Origin: Candidatus Poribacteria bacterium
GTDB taxonomy: Bacteria; Poribacteria; WGA-4E; WGA-3G
NCBI GenBank assembly: GCA_022821725.1
Contig: JAJEDB010000089.1
Coordinates: forward strand, 4,074-68,073
Direction of reading: 5' to 3'
Length of the DNA: 64,000 bases
Shown here piece by piece: positions 9,402 to 19,389 of the stretch. The number at the start of each line of letters is the position of its first letter. Positions within the stretch are counted from its first letter, which is position 1. The notes below the pieces were generated by a model that saw only the letters and a list, made by a program, of their open reading frames with translations, made no database searches and was not told the origin of the DNA. The translations under genes and the position numbers were made by a program.

Positions 9402-12389
9402 CTATTCTCCTTCAAGCGAGATGTGCAATATTCCCCGATCTTCAGTAGCACTATAGAGTTTATTGTTAGCAATAGCGAGTGCATTGATTTCATCTGGCAC
9501 ATCTGAAGCAACCCGTTTCCATTGACGACGAGCGTCCAAATGATAGATGCCGGCATCGCCGATACCATAAACTTTCGTGCCCTCTACTGCAAATCTATCT
9601 ATAATAGTGTGTGCTCTCACGCTATTGGTGAGCACGTTCCAGTGTTCACCGGTTTGTGAACTCAAGACTCCAGCATCTGTTGACACATAGACGGTCGTTG
9701 CTGCAAAGGCTATCTCATTGAAGCAGGTAAAGCCAAGAGGCAGGTTTGGTGTGACGTCTCTCCAACTGTTCCCGCCATCAAGTGACTGAAACAACTTACC
9801 ATCTCGCTTGCCTACATAGACAGTTTCTCCTGAAACCGCTATCTTGAGTCCCTTTCTGGAGACACCATCAGACATGTGACTTGTATCTATCAATCCCGTA
9901 TTTATCCACTCTGGATCACCAAGTCTCCATTTGAACAGACTGCCTTTGTATTCCACGTAGAACACATCACGACTGACTGCAACCGTTTTGACTTCCACAT
10001 TTCCAGGAACAGGAGATGTCGTGATTGACGCATCGCCTTCTTTTGAGCTATCAGATGAGTGTTTTGTCTTTACCTTTGTGCCACTTGCCCACAATTCAGG
10101 AGATAACGTCCTATCATCAAAAGCAGGTATGCCTTGAATCGGACTGAGCGTATTACCATCTGTAGATAAGCGGAAAATTTTCAGGTTGTTGCCTTGACGT
10201 GCCACAAAATAAAGACGGTTGCCATCCACCATCAGTTTTGAATGAAAAAAGATATGGACGCGGGCATTGTTCTTATCTTTTTCTGACCATTCAAACTTAG
10301 TAGACTCTGCCCCAAAGCCCCCGTCAATCATAAGTTTTTTCCAAGACACACCTTCGTCGGTTGATTGATAAACCTCATAACCTGTATGCGCGTAGACTCT
10401 GTTGTTGAGGACAACCATATCCTTTAGGCGTGTGCCTGCCATCCCATCTACAAATAGGCCCCACGAGTTGCCACCGTCCGTTGTCCGAAAAATGCCGTAT
10501 GGACCCGTTTTGTAAAATGTCATCTCGTCCGCCACCACAGCTGGAAGCGTGTTGATCATGACCATATTCGTGTCTCCTGGCAGTTCTATCCAGGTTTGTC
10601 CGTTATCTGTTGAACGATATTCGTGCTTGACACTTGACGTGAAGAGTGTCTTACCAGCAGCCAAAACTGTTATGCCAGATGGTATCCCGTGATCATCAGA
10701 TTTATAACTCGGTGTTATTTCAGTCCACGATACCCCCAGGTCAGCTGAATGGAAAATCTTGAGTGCCTGCGACTCGACTTTTGGAACCATTTGTCCTGTT
10801 TTTATCGGCGTGAATCCCAACAGATTGGGACCGGTTCCAACATAGAGATTATTCTTAGACACTGTCAAGGAGTAGACGGCTCTTGCTGTCTCCACCGGCA
10901 ACTTCTTCCAAACACCTGAATCGAGACGATAGAGACCCCTCCCTGTACCCATAAATACTGTTTCTCCAACAGCAGCGACTGCGGAAATTAGCTCACCTGT
11001 CAATCCATTGTTAAGTGGATGCCATTGTGTTCCGCCGTCTATGGATCGGAAAACCCCTTCATCTCTAAGTGCCAGATACATCGTGATATGTGCTTGTGAA
11101 TTAGCATCTTGGGGTGTGCCTGTGATGATAAGTCCAACGGTGTGTCCCTTTGGGCGGGGACCCAGCGAATGCCATGACTCACCGCTATCAACCGAAGTGA
11201 ATATTTCATCCACAGAGGCGATATAGAGACGACCATTATGCTCTGCCATCGGCATTCGAGCGTTGCCAATAGGAACGTTGGCGTTGAGGCGCGTCCATTC
11301 GGTTGCGTCCGCGGCTAATCTGTATATTCCTGTGGGTGCGACAGTATAGACCGTTCCTCCAGAGGTAGCGAACATATCCTGTATACGTCCCCCTGGCGGG
11401 GAATTTCCCTGTGTCCACTGCGAGGAGGTCCCGAACTTAAGAGAATCCTCCAGCGCACTGGATTTCGTAACTGTTTCAGAGACCTGAATACCAGCACTGT
11501 TGCTTTTACCGGGGGCGGCAGCTCGGCCGAACTGATTTCGTATAGATGGCTTTGATACAATATCAAGCACGATGGGGGCATCGACAATTTCAATCGTGGG
11601 TTCGGATTCCGCCTCGAAACTATACGGCTTCTGAAATCTGGCAAGATACTGATTACTCACACCGAGCATAAAAATAACGAAAGCCACAGCGGTCCCGAAA
11701 GCCATCCACGGGATCAATGGCTTTCCAGTCGGAGCCGGTGTCGGCTGCATGTTAGCCACCTGTTCCATGATACGCTCGGTCACGTGGGCGGGGAATGGGA
11801 TGCTCCCGAGTGTTTCACTCACCAGAAGTTCCTCTCGTTGTTCCTGTAAACGTTTCCGTCCGCGGCGCAGTCGACTCTTAATTGTGTTCACCGACACCCC
11901 TAAGAGTTTCCCAATTTCCTTTGCTGTCATCTCTCCGAGAAAGTGGAGTGTTACCACTGTACGCTCACTCTCCGGTAGCTGCGCCAGGAGTTTTTTGACG
12001 AGTTCACGACGATGCTCGGTGACCTCCGTTTGTCGTTTTTCCGATACATAATGTGTGTAAGAGGATTCTTGGATTTCTTCCACGGGAGTGTCCTCCAATG
12101 AGTGCATCGCAAATTTGTTTTTGTTCTTTTCGAGCCATTTAAGACAGAGCCGACTGGCGATGACATACATCCATCCGGAAAACTGATTCGGATTCTTGAG
12201 TTGCGTGAGGTTCTTGTAGACTTGGAGGAAAGTGTCTTGGACAATCTCTTCAGCGATGTGAAAATCGCCAACTTTTCGCCACGCCAGTGCATGAATACCC
12301 TTTTGGTGCTTTCGGACTAAGGCATTGAATGCGGCGTCATCGCCGGACAAGATCCTACGAATCAGTTGAACATCGTCTTTTGTTTCCAT
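9402..12389 (-). CDS. Fusion protein: ECF sigma factor (sigma-70 regions 2 and 4), then a single TM helix, then a large BNR/Asp-box (SxDxGxTW) beta-propeller ectodomain
   Basis: The N-terminal 190 aa contain region 2 (FNALVRKH…DTFLQVY) and region 4 (ERTVVTLHFLGEMTAKEIGKLLGVSVNTIKSRLRRGRKRL). Hydrophobic segment LIPWMAFGTAVAFVIFMLGV. Then more than 10 repeats of S/TxDxGxSW (STDNGQTW, TTDGGNSW, STDEGVSW, SLDGGNSW…). Confidence 0.75.
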   Translation of the reverse strand: METKDDVQLIRRILSGDDAAFNALVRKHQKGIHALAWRKVGDFHIAEEIVQDTFLQVYKNLTQLKNPNQFSGWMYVIASRLCLKWLEKNKNKFAMHSLEDTPVEEIQESSYTHYVSEKRQTEVTEHRRELVKKLLAQLPESERTVVTLHFLGEMTAKEIGKLLGVSVNTIKSRLRRGRKRLQEQREELLVSETLGSIPFPAHVTERIMEQVANMQPTPAPTGKPLIPWMAFGTAVAFVIFMLGVSNQYLARFQKPYSFEAESEPTIEIVDAPIVLDIVSKPSIRNQFGRAAAPGKSNSAGIQVSETVTKSSALEDSLKFGTSSQWTQGNSPPGGRIQDMFATSGGTVYTVAPTGIYRLAADATEWTRLNANVPIGNARMPMAEHNGRLYIASVDEIFTSVDSGESWHSLGPRPKGHTVGLIITGTPQDANSQAHITMYLALRDEGVFRSIDGGTQWHPLNNGLTGELISAVAAVGETVFMGTGRGLYRLDSGVWKKLPVETARAVYSLTVSKNNLYVGTGPNLLGFTPIKTGQMVPKVESQALKIFHSADLGVSWTEITPSYKSDDHGIPSGITVLAAGKTLFTSSVKHEYRSTDNGQTWIELPGDTNMVMINTLPAVVADEMTFYKTGPYGIFRTTDGGNSWGLFVDGMAGTRLKDMVVLNNRVYAHTGYEVYQSTDEGVSWKKLMIDGGFGAESTKFEWSEKDKNNARVHIFFHSKLMVDGNRLYFVARQGNNLKIFRLSTDGNTLSPIQGIPAFDDRTLSPELWASGTKVKTKHSSDSSKEGDASITTSPVPGNVEVKTVAVSRDVFYVEYKGSLFKWRLGDPEWINTGLIDTSHMSDGVSRKGLKIAVSGETVYVGKRDGKLFQSLDGGNSWRDVTPNLPLGFTCFNEIAFAATTVYVSTDAGVLSSQTGEHWNVLTNSVRAHTIIDRFAVEGTKVYGIGDAGIYHLDARRQWKRVASDVPDEINALAIANNKLYSATEDRGILHISLEGE

Positions 12390-12421
12390 TAGAATACTCC
12401 CTGGTTATCAGATCCATTTAT

Positions 12422-12457
12422 AATTAAAGATACTATTTTGAAACCGAAAGGGTGCAT
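12422..12457 (-). promoter_or_regulatory. Candidate promoter (site 1 of a three-member family): ATGCACCCTT-N20-TTAATT, 33 nt upstream of the sigma-fusion-1 ATG
   Basis: The exact motif and exact 20-nt spacer are shared with sites at 15341-15376 and 22399-22434. A T-run lies upstream on the coding strand. Confidence 0.5.
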
Positions 12458-12739
12458 AACTTTGAAAAATAGCAGGAAATTGATCGCCTCTAAATTTATG
12501 ATACCAGAAATCCAGGGCGTTTTATAGTAAAATCCCAAAATATATGAACCGGTCTTCAATGAACAAAGTCCAACACCGCCGCTGGCAAAGATTGTATCCT
12601 CGCCCGATAATGTCCAAATAATTATGGACCTTACTATAAGCAAGGCTTACGCTAATTCCGCGCTTCTGTTGTTTGCTTAGATAGCATCCAGAGAAGCGTG
12701 TCCTGCGTAAGCCTCACAATATCGATGGAACAGAATATT

Positions 12740-13741
12740 TTAGTTGGACCCCTGCGGAGGAGCCGGTTCCTGTGAAGGCGTCGGTTTTTTGGGCGCGGTT
12801 AAAGTCTCTTGTATGTCCTCAATCTGCTTCCCAAGGTCTACAAGTTGTTGTAAATTCAACTCTTTTTTCGCACGTTCGAGTTGAGTCATGGCGCGTTCAA
12901 TTTGCGCTTTACTGTGTTGAATCTGAGCCTTGGCACGTTCAACCGCATCCTTACTGCGTTCGATGGCGAGTTTAGCGTTCTTTTTCCGCTGTTCAATCTG
13001 CGCTTTCGCATGTTTGAGTTGCTCTGTGCCGCGTTCGAGTTGTGCGTTAGCACGTTCGATCGCTTCTTTACTGCGTTCGATAGCAAGTTTGGCGTGCTCT
13101 TTACGCTGCTCAATCCGCACTTTAGCACGTTCAACAGTCTTCTTACCGCGTTCAATCTGTTCCACAGAGGCTTGGATCTTGGTGTGATCCTTTACCAACT
13201 TATCGATGTAAGCGGCTTTATAAGTTTCCCAATCATCCGTTGGTGGGATACCGAGGAATCCTGACTGCTGCAGATCTGGATTGTCTTCCAAGAGTGCCAA
13301 AGTGTAACGCTTCGACAACATGGATGCATACTCGAAAGAATCATCTATAGTGATGCCTTTATCCAGCAGGAGTTGAAGCCATTCCGCCCGTGGATACCTT
13401 GCATCTATCTCACTTATTGTGAAGGCACTGCTATAAGTCGTGGTTTTTGGACCTGTGAACTTACCGGACACACTCACGCTGGTCTTTGCCAAGCTCTGAT
13501 TGTAATCCGCATCTAACGCTTTCATCAATTCTTGCACATTTTGGGGACCGGTATACTTTTTATACACGGACGGTGCTTTTGCGTCGAGTTCAATGTGTTC
13601 ACGTAACTGCATATTCGACGCTCCAATTTCATGACCGTGTGCCGATAGATAGAGAGAGACACTCCAAAAAATGGCGAGTCCTAAAGTTGCAAAGAGTGTT
13701 AGTCTTGCCAGAGTTTTTCTCCCGTGAAAAATACTTTTCAT
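12740..13741 (-). CDS. Membrane-anchored or secreted coiled-coil protein with 11-residue tandem repeats (ERAKAQIE…/AIERSKEA…)
   Basis: RBS AAGGAG. N-terminal signal/anchor (LTLFATLGLAIFWSVSLYLSA). The C-terminal 120 aa consist of apolipoprotein-like 11-mer repeats encoded by 33-bp DNA tandem repeats. The Pro/Gln-rich tail is consistent with a flexible extended end. Confidence 0.6.
   Translation of the reverse strand: MKSIFHGRKTLARLTLFATLGLAIFWSVSLYLSAHGHEIGASNMQLREHIELDAKAPSVYKKYTGPQNVQELMKALDADYNQSLAKTSVSVSGKFTGPKTTTYSSAFTISEIDARYPRAEWLQLLLDKGITIDDSFEYASMLSKRYTLALLEDNPDLQQSGFLGIPPTDDWETYKAAYIDKLVKDHTKIQASVEQIERGKKTVERAKVRIEQRKEHAKLAIERSKEAIERANAQLERGTEQLKHAKAQIEQRKKNAKLAIERSKDAVERAKAQIQHSKAQIERAMTQLERAKKELNLQQLVDLGKQIEDIQETLTAPKKPTPSQEPAPPQGSN
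12880..13190. repeat. Intragenic ~33-bp imperfect tandem repeats (GCACGTTCAAYCG…CTTACTGCGTTCGAT…)
   Basis: All six frames stay open across this segment, which is why spurious overlapping ORFs 12881-13264, 12886-13155 and 12930-13187 appear. The 33-nt periodicity is visible by eye. Confidence 0.6.
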
Positions 13742-13879
13742 TTTTTTTCTCCTTCAGAGGCGTTATGTTGCCTCATGTTTGAAGTTTAACCTTTGACAAT
13801 CTGCGTCTGTATCCTAATGACGCGTTTAAACGCTGTGGGCAATTTGGCTGTTATTACGCCTTGTTATAAGTGCTTCGTA

Positions 13880-15292
13880 TTAAACATCGGAGCGGAAAAA
13901 TTTCAGAAACGCTACCGTTGTCAGTGCCACTGCAAAGAAACAGAGGAGTAGTACATCCGCCACCGATTGACGGAAGGTTTCTCCTAAGGTTGTCGTCTCC
14001 ACGCGAGGGGGTTGCGTGACTGTGACAGTATCCTCTGGTGTATATGTTCTTATAGAGATATGATCTTCGACTTTACTGAACAGATCCTCATCAAGGGCAT
14101 CATAATAGCGATCCGCCGCTTGGTAGTAACTATTTCTTTTTAGTTTCCCAGTCTCTGTTAGATTTGTAGCGAGATAGATGAGTGAGGCTGTCGGTGTGAT
14201 TCGGGAAAGGGTCTCACCGACCTGTTCTTGTCGTTGTGTTTCACGTTTATAATCCTGATCGAGTTTGTTAGCATAGTCTTGGAACTTCGATCGATATTCC
14301 GCTTCCAGAGGTTTCGTACATTCATCAACACGCTTCGCATTCTCCCCTGCTATAATTAGGTTTCCGTGCTCGTCCAGGGGCAACTCCATGATGACTTTCA
14401 TTTTTTTCTTGTCGATTTCAGCATTAAAATCGTCCCACATGGCTGTCTTTTCCATATAGACGCTCTGCAAAGTCCGTGTTGGGGCGATGAATTTCGCAGC
14501 GAGAAATCCAACGCGTGGCGTAATCAGCACAGCGAACACCCAGACAGTAAAGGCGACGATAAGTGCTGTTTTAGAATTATCTAAGTGGGTGGAAATTACG
14601 GTCCCAATCGCAAAAAATACCGCAATGTAGAGGAGTGAAACAAGCGTTAGCGTGAGCACTCGTGGAAAGATATCGGGTTCTCCTAAGGGAAACCCTTGCC
14701 AAACAAGCAGGAGTAAGCCGAACAGCAACGACACTAAAAACGGAACGACAAACACTACGTACCCACCAATTAATTTGCTCCATAAAAAGAGGTCGCGCGG
14801 GAGGGAGTTTGCCAAGGTAATCCGAAGCGTGCCTGCCTCTCTTTCTCCAGCAACGGCATCAAACGTAAACAGGAGTGCCAACAGACTGAAAACTGTTCCG
14901 ACGATAAAGAGAAAGTCGAGGTGTCCCAGCAGATAGGAGAGGGATGCCGAGACCAATGCCGGTGGCCCCTGTGTAATTCCATTGCGGGTCATCCCAAGAT
15001 AACTTGGAAGTGCCTCTCCTAATCCGTTTGCAAAGACACTTAAAGGTGTCGGTTTGAGAAATAGTTTAGATACCTCAATCTCCGGTTCCAGTGGTGTTTT
15101 CGGGTTCATTGTGGTTTCCTCGATATTCGTCAGTTTAGCGGCTTCCTGATAGTCAACGAGGTTCTGATTATACTTTCGATAGTTGATAGAGAGTGTAAGT
15201 GGTATGAGCAAAAGACACATCAGAAGTAGCGCGACGAACCGGACGCTTAAGAGATGATGCTGAATCTCTTTTTGAATCAATGTCATTAACAT
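13880..15292 (-). CDS. ABC-2 family transporter permease with a large intervening soluble domain
   Basis: RBS AAAGGAG. FDAVAGEREAGTLRITLANSLPRD is the conserved ABC-2 permease motif. There are six or more TM segments. No cognate ATPase gene is adjacent. Confidence 0.6.
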   Translation of the reverse strand: MLMTLIQKEIQHHLLSVRFVALLLMCLLLIPLTLSINYRKYNQNLVDYQEAAKLTNIEETTMNPKTPLEPEIEVSKLFLKPTPLSVFANGLGEALPSYLGMTRNGITQGPPALVSASLSYLLGHLDFLFIVGTVFSLLALLFTFDAVAGEREAGTLRITLANSLPRDLFLWSKLIGGYVVFVVPFLVSLLFGLLLLVWQGFPLGEPDIFPRVLTLTLVSLLYIAVFFAIGTVISTHLDNSKTALIVAFTVWVFAVLITPRVGFLAAKFIAPTRTLQSVYMEKTAMWDDFNAEIDKKKMKVIMELPLDEHGNLIIAGENAKRVDECTKPLEAEYRSKFQDYANKLDQDYKRETQRQEQVGETLSRITPTASLIYLATNLTETGKLKRNSYYQAADRYYDALDEDLFSKVEDHISIRTYTPEDTVTVTQPPRVETTTLGETFRQSVADVLLLCFFAVALTTVAFLKFFRSDV

Positions 15293-15340
15293 TTGGATTC
15301 TCCTTTCATTTTTCCGTGGAGGGGTATATGCCCGCTTTTA

Positions 15341-15376
15341 CAATTAATGATACAGGTTTGCGCCGAAAAGGGTGCA
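15341..15376 (-). promoter_or_regulatory. Candidate promoter (site 2): ATGCACCCTT-N20-TTAATT upstream of the ABC-2 permease
   Basis: Identical motif and spacing to 12422-12457, about 50 nt upstream of ATG 15292. Confidence 0.5.
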
Positions 15377-15599
15377 TAAAACAAAAAAATCTGGATTTTT
15401 ATCGGTAGGGGTTGATGACGGAGTGGTTTTGGAGAGGCGGGGTTAGAAAACCTACCAGTGATGGGAAGGATTATTGTTTGAACGTCAGGTTGTAGGCGAT
15501 TTTATTCAGCTGATTCTTGGGATTCAGGTTCTGGATGTGTGTGTATCCATTCTTGGAAGGTTGCTAAATCTTGAAAAAAAGAGCGTTTAAGTAAGCATA

Positions 15600-18059
15600 T
15601 CAAAATTCATAGATGAGTCCGACAGAAAAGGTAAAGCCAAGCTGAGGGATCTCCAAAGACTCATTGATTTCAAAACCGAGTTCGTCCGAGTCCTCCTCCA
15701 GTTCCAACGTTTCAAGTTCCCCAAGAAGTCTATCAGCCAAACGGAATCTTATTTTATTTTTCCGATTATAGACATTCAAAATTTCGGTATATGCCGTCAC
15801 AGGGAGGCCCCACAAAGTCCTTTTCTCACTAAAACGGAGATCCAAGCGGTGATAAGACGGAAATTCTGTCGGAAAAATCGCGCCTGCGACATCAGAAATG
15901 AGTGAGTGCATCCCTGCCGTTACAGGATCCTGAACCGTAATAAGATTGTTTAACGGCACTGCAGTGGTGCCACTGGCGTATTGCCACTTCGCCCCAATTT
16001 CTCTTTTTGTCGTAGGACTATAGTTGGCAACAATACTCACCACATGGGTGTTATCAAAAAGGAACGGTTTGTAAACGTCGTCCGGTGTCTCACGTCGTTC
16101 AGCATGGGTATAAGCATAAGACATCCATCCGAAAAACTTTTCGCTCACGCGGTGCCGCAGAAACATCTCCGCACCACTCACAAATCCTGTCCCTTGATTG
16201 AGATATGCGCTTGCAACCGCTGTATCCGAGTCATCAAAAAGTGCATCAATGTTGATGGATCTCGTGACTAATTTCTGCATGTCTTTGTAATAGAGCGCGA
16301 ATTTGAGTTCCGTTTGGGCGGACAATTCATGTTCCAATTCCATGATGTAATGCTCGGTTAGACTCGGTTTTAGGTCTCGGTTTCCATCCGCCTTTAGCAC
16401 TTGGTATGCCAAGGGACTCCGTTCATATCTACCGTAGGCAAACCGGAGCGTAGAGGTCGTTGGCAGTGTGAAACTCAGACTGCCGCGAGGTTGGATTGAT
16501 AGTTCATCTGTCAGATTGAGATAGTCGAACCGCACACCCAAGGCAATAGATAAAGGGGAGAGCAGATCATAGCGAGCCTGAAGGTACCCCTCGGCGCGCC
16601 GAAATGGGTAATTAAATTCGTCAAGCTTCTGTATCCATGACGGTTCTTCATCAAAATCTATGTTCTCCACAGAAGATGTATGTGTATAGCTTTTAGATGG
16701 ACTGAAAGCGAGAAGGAAGCCGGGTTCCAATTGAAGTTTCGGTGTTAATTTGTAGGACACGTCTTCGCGAAGGGTATACGTGGGTGTGTTGATCTTTAAG
16801 TTGTAGATGGATCCTTCACGCTCAGTCTTGCTGTCTTGACTTGAGGTGCCGCCGAAGTGGATATTGAGAAAATTGTGGGAACGCGTCAGGGAAAGATGGG
16901 ACGTGAGTTTATCTGTGAAATCGGAGCGTAGATGAATGCCTTCCGCTTCAAACCCGTTTTTGAAATAGGCGAAAACATCATCTGCTTCTTGGGTTTCTTC
17001 TGATCCAACACCGGAGAAGTCAAAGTGATCTGCCGCGCCTAAGCCGTTGAGCGTGAGATGGTGCTTTGGCGTAAGTTGATAGGTAAATTTGAGTTGATAG
17101 TCCGACCATGTAGGGAGGGTCCAATCGAAGAAAAGCCCAAGAATGAGGTTATGGATAGTGAATCGTCCGGCGATAGAGGCGTAGCCTTTGTCTCCGATTT
17201 TGGTTTCGAGAAACCCAGAGGGCGATATAATGTTCAGGTCGAGTGCGCCTGCCCACCGCTTTTCCAACCGTTCGCGCGAACGGATGTCAATAACTGATTG
17301 TGAATCTAACCCGAATTCGGCACCGTATCCACCGGCATAGATATGAATGTCCTCAATACTATGTGAGTTAATCGTTGAAAAAAGTCCGGCATAGTGAAAC
17401 GGATAACCGAGGGGGGTCCTGTCGAAATAGAGGAGCGTCTCCCCGGGCGGACTCCCCCGAATATAGAGGATCCCGAAGATATCGTTGGGGATACCGATGC
17501 CTGGCAGCGTCGTGAGTCCCTTAAGCGCATCACGTCCAGTCCCAGGGATCCGTATCAGTTCGCTGCCGCGAATTTCCTTGCGGCTCACCGTCGGGGGTAG
17601 CCGTTGTCCCTCTACAAAAATGGGTTCAAGCCGTGTTGCTGCCTCCGGACTATCGGGGATTTCGACAAACGTTCCTTCTGTATTGATGGAAAATCGCCTG
17701 CGGAGCGTCTCCCCTGCGCGAATTTCAATTGGAATTTCTGTGGATGTATTGTGAGTTGGATGGAAGATGGACAGTGTATATGCTCCGACGGGAATTTCAA
17801 TGAACCGAAATGCGCCATCTTTATCTGTTTTTTGAGACTGATCGGTTTCAACGATGCGGACCTCTGTTTCAACCAAGGGAACATTAATATCGCGTTGGTA
17901 GAGGGTGCCTTCTATATCACCTGTGCGTGGAAAGATTCGCTGATAGATGCTTCTTTTCGTTTTTGGGGATGTATCTTCTTTAGCATTGTCCGTTTCAGCG
18001 GAAACAGAAAACGGTATCATGAGCATAACACACAGAACAGCATATAAGCAAAATCTCAT
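15600..18059 (-). CDS. Outer-membrane beta-barrel protein, TonB-dependent-receptor-like, with an N-terminal carboxypeptidase-regulatory-like (CarbD) domain
   Basis: Signal peptide MRFCLYAVLCVMLMIPFSVSA. The CarbD-like stretch is GTLYQRD…VRIVETDQS…FRFIEIPVGAYTLSI. The sequence is long with beta-strand alternation and ends in a C-terminal aromatic, …GLIYEF. Confidence 0.6.
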   Translation of the reverse strand: MRFCLYAVLCVMLMIPFSVSAETDNAKEDTSPKTKRSIYQRIFPRTGDIEGTLYQRDINVPLVETEVRIVETDQSQKTDKDGAFRFIEIPVGAYTLSIFHPTHNTSTEIPIEIRAGETLRRRFSINTEGTFVEIPDSPEAATRLEPIFVEGQRLPPTVSRKEIRGSELIRIPGTGRDALKGLTTLPGIGIPNDIFGILYIRGSPPGETLLYFDRTPLGYPFHYAGLFSTINSHSIEDIHIYAGGYGAEFGLDSQSVIDIRSRERLEKRWAGALDLNIISPSGFLETKIGDKGYASIAGRFTIHNLILGLFFDWTLPTWSDYQLKFTYQLTPKHHLTLNGLGAADHFDFSGVGSEETQEADDVFAYFKNGFEAEGIHLRSDFTDKLTSHLSLTRSHNFLNIHFGGTSSQDSKTEREGSIYNLKINTPTYTLREDVSYKLTPKLQLEPGFLLAFSPSKSYTHTSSVENIDFDEEPSWIQKLDEFNYPFRRAEGYLQARYDLLSPLSIALGVRFDYLNLTDELSIQPRGSLSFTLPTTSTLRFAYGRYERSPLAYQVLKADGNRDLKPSLTEHYIMELEHELSAQTELKFALYYKDMQKLVTRSINIDALFDDSDTAVASAYLNQGTGFVSGAEMFLRHRVSEKFFGWMSYAYTHAERRETPDDVYKPFLFDNTHVVSIVANYSPTTKREIGAKWQYASGTTAVPLNNLITVQDPVTAGMHSLISDVAGAIFPTEFPSYHRLDLRFSEKRTLWGLPVTAYTEILNVYNRKNKIRFRLADRLLGELETLELEEDSDELGFEINESLEIPQLGFTFSVGLIYEF

Positions 18060-18373
18060 AAAAAGGTTTGGACCTCCACTTGGAACCTGAATTGCAGACT
18101 GTAACGCTCAATTAGACGTTCCAGTTGACACAGAGATCGCGTTAATCAACAGTCCGCAAAACAGCCAAGCCTATGACGAATCTTTAATAGGATTTACGCA
18201 ATTTTCCCATAAAACGCCACATATTGTGCTATTGGCGAGGTTAGGAGGGAAATCCGCAGAAATACCCTATCAAAGACCCCCAGCAAAAACACCTCGCCAG
18301 CAAGGAAGCTGCGTAAGTCCTGTTTAATTTCAACAACGGCTCGGCTGTAATGGTGAAATGGAATATCTTTCTC

Positions 18374-19168
18374 CTATGGATTCTGTGGATTTTGTTGAAA
18401 AAAAACGCCTTCAGTCCATCTCAGAAACACATCAGTATTCGTGAAATTATTGAGGATTTCTGCGGTTAGCGCAGGGTTGTGCACGGCGAGCCATAAAAGT
18501 CCATCATCTTTTCCGTGCTGCTCAAACTGTTCCTGTATGAAAAGCGCGTCCCTCTTTTCGGTTTCAGTTACGAAATGTTCAAGGGCAGGAAAGAATTCTG
18601 TTACTTGCTCTTTGTTTGGTATATGTATTTCCATCCAAGCCTTTATAGGTGCTTCATCAAGGACTGATAGTTTTTTTTCGAGCACAGCCAATATCGCCTT
18701 GAGAACGTTTTCGTCGTTTCCATCATGTATCATCTGATACAGCATCACGTTTGCACAGCGATACTCCAAAGTTAGCTGATGAACGATCGCTATGTCTTCT
18801 TCGTTGGATTTCCCGATAGATTCCTTCAAAAAGGGTTTGTATCTTTCCGGGTCAGGCTTTGCTACGTCGAGGTAGTCTGCTAACGTTTTAAACGGTTTTG
18901 CCGTCCGATATTCTTGGGTAAGAAAATCCACATACGTTTTAGAAGCTGTCACCTTACCCATGATGGTGAAATCTCCATCAAAAATGGGTTTCGGAAACAA
19001 CACCTTTAGTTTCGCAAACGTGTCTTCCGGTGTAGGTTTGGGGGGTATAGGTTCGGCAATAAGTTTTTCGACAGACGTTGTGTCAGTGTCGGGGTCTTCA
19101 GAGCATCCCAACAATTGAAAAGCAATCACAAAAAGCATAAAGACTGTGAAACGTAAAGAATGCTGCAT
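18374..19168 (-). CDS. Lipoprotein, hypothetical
   Basis: Signal peptide with lipobox FQLLGC|SEDPD. No recognisable domain. Confidence 0.5.
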   Translation of the reverse strand: MQHSLRFTVFMLFVIAFQLLGCSEDPDTDTTSVEKLIAEPIPPKPTPEDTFAKLKVLFPKPIFDGDFTIMGKVTASKTYVDFLTQEYRTAKPFKTLADYLDVAKPDPERYKPFLKESIGKSNEEDIAIVHQLTLEYRCANVMLYQMIHDGNDENVLKAILAVLEKKLSVLDEAPIKAWMEIHIPNKEQVTEFFPALEHFVTETEKRDALFIQEQFEQHGKDDGLLWLAVHNPALTAEILNNFTNTDVFLRWTEGVFFQQNPQNP

Positions 19169-19254
19169 TGTTTGTCCTTTTCGTGTTATCGGTGATAGGC
19201 GTTCGATGCCGTATGGACAGGCACGGATACCTGATTGGGGTGTTGATGTTGTGT

Positions 19255-19313
19255 AACATCAATAGTTTTCTTCTTCAAGCGAGACCTGAAACATCCCGCG
19301 CTTTTCCGTCACA
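19255..19313. repeat. ~60-bp duplicated fragment of the 3' end of sigma-fusion gene 2 (second copy 19386-19444, inside the gene)
   Basis: AACATCAATAGTTTTCTTCTTCAAGCGAGACCTGAAACATCCCGCGCTTTTC[C/T]GT is present twice, 131 bp apart. Confidence 0.7.
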
Positions 19314-19389
19314 ACGATGAATTACAAAAACAAGTTTACATCGTGTAGGGGTGTCCCTTGTGGGTGCCTGCAGCCTTAAATCTATAACA

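Noticed and set aside
12881-13264. Three overlapping ORFs (12881-13264, 12886-13155, 12930-13187) opposite or alongside the coiled-coil gene
   Set aside because: All frames are open because of the 33-bp tandem repeats. Only the minus-strand frame has a signal peptide, an RBS and sensible composition.
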